DNA of 64,000 nt. Source: Octopus sinensis (taxonomy: Eukaryota). The stretch spans positions 32,674,001-32,738,000 of the forward strand of contig NC_042998.1 in the NCBI RefSeq assembly GCF_006345805.1, given 5' to 3'. Numbering within the stretch: position 1 is the stretch's first letter; each line of letters starts with the position of its first letter. A model generated the notes under the pieces. The model made no database searches. It had not been told where the DNA came from and worked only from the letters and a program-made list of their open reading frames with translations. Of the stretch, positions 61,986-64,000 are shown piece after piece. The position numbers and the translations under genes are program-made.

Positions 61986-63387
61986 GTAATTGTCAATACT
62001 TTTTCAGTGACTGTACTAATAGATTATTTATCGTGGTAATCACAATATTGACCAAACTGTTGGATGTTGTTATACATCGCTGGTCACAATGTGCTTTACA
62101 TTGTCTTAACCTCTAAATGATGCTACACCGCTGGCTAGGCAAACAGGCCAACATTCCCCCAGAGAAGAAGACAATTCCATCGCAGGGGTGACCCGTTTAC
62201 AGCTCAGTGGACTGGAGTCACATGAAATGAAGATTTTTGCTCAAGAACACAAAGTACCACCTTGTCTGGGTACTGAACCAATTATCTAGCCATCATGAAT
62301 GCAACACCTTAATTACTAAAGCCACATGCCTTCACAATGGATTACTTATACGAGTTTATTATATCTAAAATGATCTGCATAATTTATTGTATAATTTTCT
62401 TTTATAATCTGGGTGGCATGTAAAAAGTATCATTTGAGCATAGTTGATGCCAGTACCACCTGACTAGCTCCCATGCTGGTGGAACATAAAAATCACCCAC
62501 TATACTCTCAGAGTGGTTGGCATTAGGAAGGGTATCCAGCTGTAGAAACCTTGCAAGATCAGATTGGAGCCTGGTGCAACCCCTGGCTTGCCAGTTCTCA
62601 ATCAAATCGTCCAACCCATGCCAGCATAGAAAGCGGACGTTAAACGATGATGACGATGATGAAACTAAAGCTGTTTCTGTTTAGCTCCCCATCAGCCCTG
62701 ATGAAGTAGGGTTACGCTCAAAGACATTCTAGCTGTGACCATCCCACCTGATATTCAGATACAGTGTATCTAGGACCACTCTGTGTACTGTGTTGCTCCT
62801 TTTATAAGAGACTAAGAGGGATTTTGAATAAAATTTGGCTGCTATATCCATCATGTCAAGCAACCAATTCAGAACTTAGAGTCTACATTCCTGAAAGATT
62901 GCTGTACGCATCAACTTAATACTTTATGTCAACAAGCCTTTATTTAATTTATTTTGTATTTCACAGAACGATGCCAAGACATGAGTAAAATGTAAATATG
63001 ACATATTTCATTTATATTCCCACAATGCTTATAATCTGAATAAAATAGCAACAGAATTAAGTAAATCAATGCTTCAAATCTCCAATCAGATTTTTTGTAC
63101 AATTGAATGTGCTTGTAATTTAATGTTTAAAATATATATTTTAGTTACTTTCAAACTGAATATTTAATCGTTATATTGATTTTCAGCTTATAAATATAAA
63201 AATTTGTATTACATTTGAATTTTTATGGATAGTAAGAACAGCATTATGAATTAAAAGAAAAAGGATTTGAAGAATGGATTATTACAAGATGTTGACACAT
63301 GCTGGATCTTTGAAATATATGTAACGGTAAGTTCAAGGGTTAACATGGATCAGACATTTGAAGTTCATATAAGTTATTCAACTAAAA

Positions 63388-63770
63388 AAGGCTGCGAGCT
63401 GGCAGAAACGTTAGCACACCGGGCGAAATACGTAACCATATTTTGTCTGCCGTTATGTTCTGAGTTCAAATTCTGCCAAGGTCGACTTTGCCTTTCATCC
63501 TTTCGAGGTCGATAAATTAAGTACCAGTTATGCACTGGGGTCGATGTAATCAACTTAATCCGTTTGTCCCCTCTGTGTTTTTAGCACCTTGTGGGTAGTA
63601 AAGAAATAGGTATTTCGTCTGCTGTTACGTTCTGAGTTCAAATTCTGCTGAGGTTGACTTTGCCTTTTATCCTTTCGGGGTTGATTAAATAAGTACCAGT
63701 TACGCACTGGGGTCGATGTAATCGACAATCCGTTTGTCTGTCCTTGTTTGTCCCCTCTGTGTTTAGGTAT
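63388..63770 (+). mobile_element. S2 SINE dimer
   Basis: Full unit, then GAAATAGGTATTTCGTCTG and a headless second unit. Other S2 copies lie at about 5110-5375, 8955-9150, 9645-9975, 11700-11940, 13570-13750, 20265-20450, 23585-23820, 31540-31985, 33780-33870, 41285-41700 and 45577-45805. Confidence 0.8.
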
Positions 63771-64000
63771 TCAACTAAAATCATTAGACTATATTATAAA
63801 CGTTAGCATATAATCATGCTTACAAAACTATTGATAATAGAAGTTTTGTTTTACATGATTCACTAAGGTTCAGAAAATTGATATTTAACATTAGAACTGG
63901 GAATAAGCAGTGATAAAGAAAAGTTTATACTTGAGAAAACATTGCTTGCTAACGAAAGGTCATAGTAAAATACAAAACAATTTTTTTTACACAACAACTC

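Noticed and set aside
63187-63326. Possible plus-strand exon (TTTCAG| ... ACG|GTAAGT)
   Set aside because: All three frames contain stops and no partner exons were seen, so it cannot be supported as coding.

Overview
AT-rich, repeat-saturated animal genomic DNA. It is most likely an intron or intergenic region of an Octopus (coleoid cephalopod) genome, inferred from recognised SINE families and the (AAT)n/(CAT)n/(TA)n/(CA)n load. No intact host protein-coding gene could be supported, and the long ORFs in the track are microsatellite artefacts. The window holds dozens of tRNA-derived and RTE-tailed SINEs, two Helitron-type non-autonomous elements, a TTAA-flanked MITE, and decayed coding remnants of RTE, R4/Dong, maT (DD37D) and Penelope-like (GIY-YIG) elements. 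The main signal is a dense set of minimal type-I hammerhead ribozyme (HHR) motifs. They fall into about 7 unrelated families plus 2 degenerate candidates, about 25 copies in total, each with a palindromic stem III. They are often arranged as inverted pairs (fold-backs), as expected for Penelope-like element pseudo-LTRs. The most abundant family is a ~280-bp unit of tRNA-like Pol III head, (AAT)n and HHR. It occurs solo with a 13-bp TSD, as a head-to-tail dimer, and attached to a Penelope GIY-YIG ORF end. This suggests a ribozyme-bearing SINE/retrozyme mobilised by Penelope machinery. All structural calls were made by eye and none was computed or tested.
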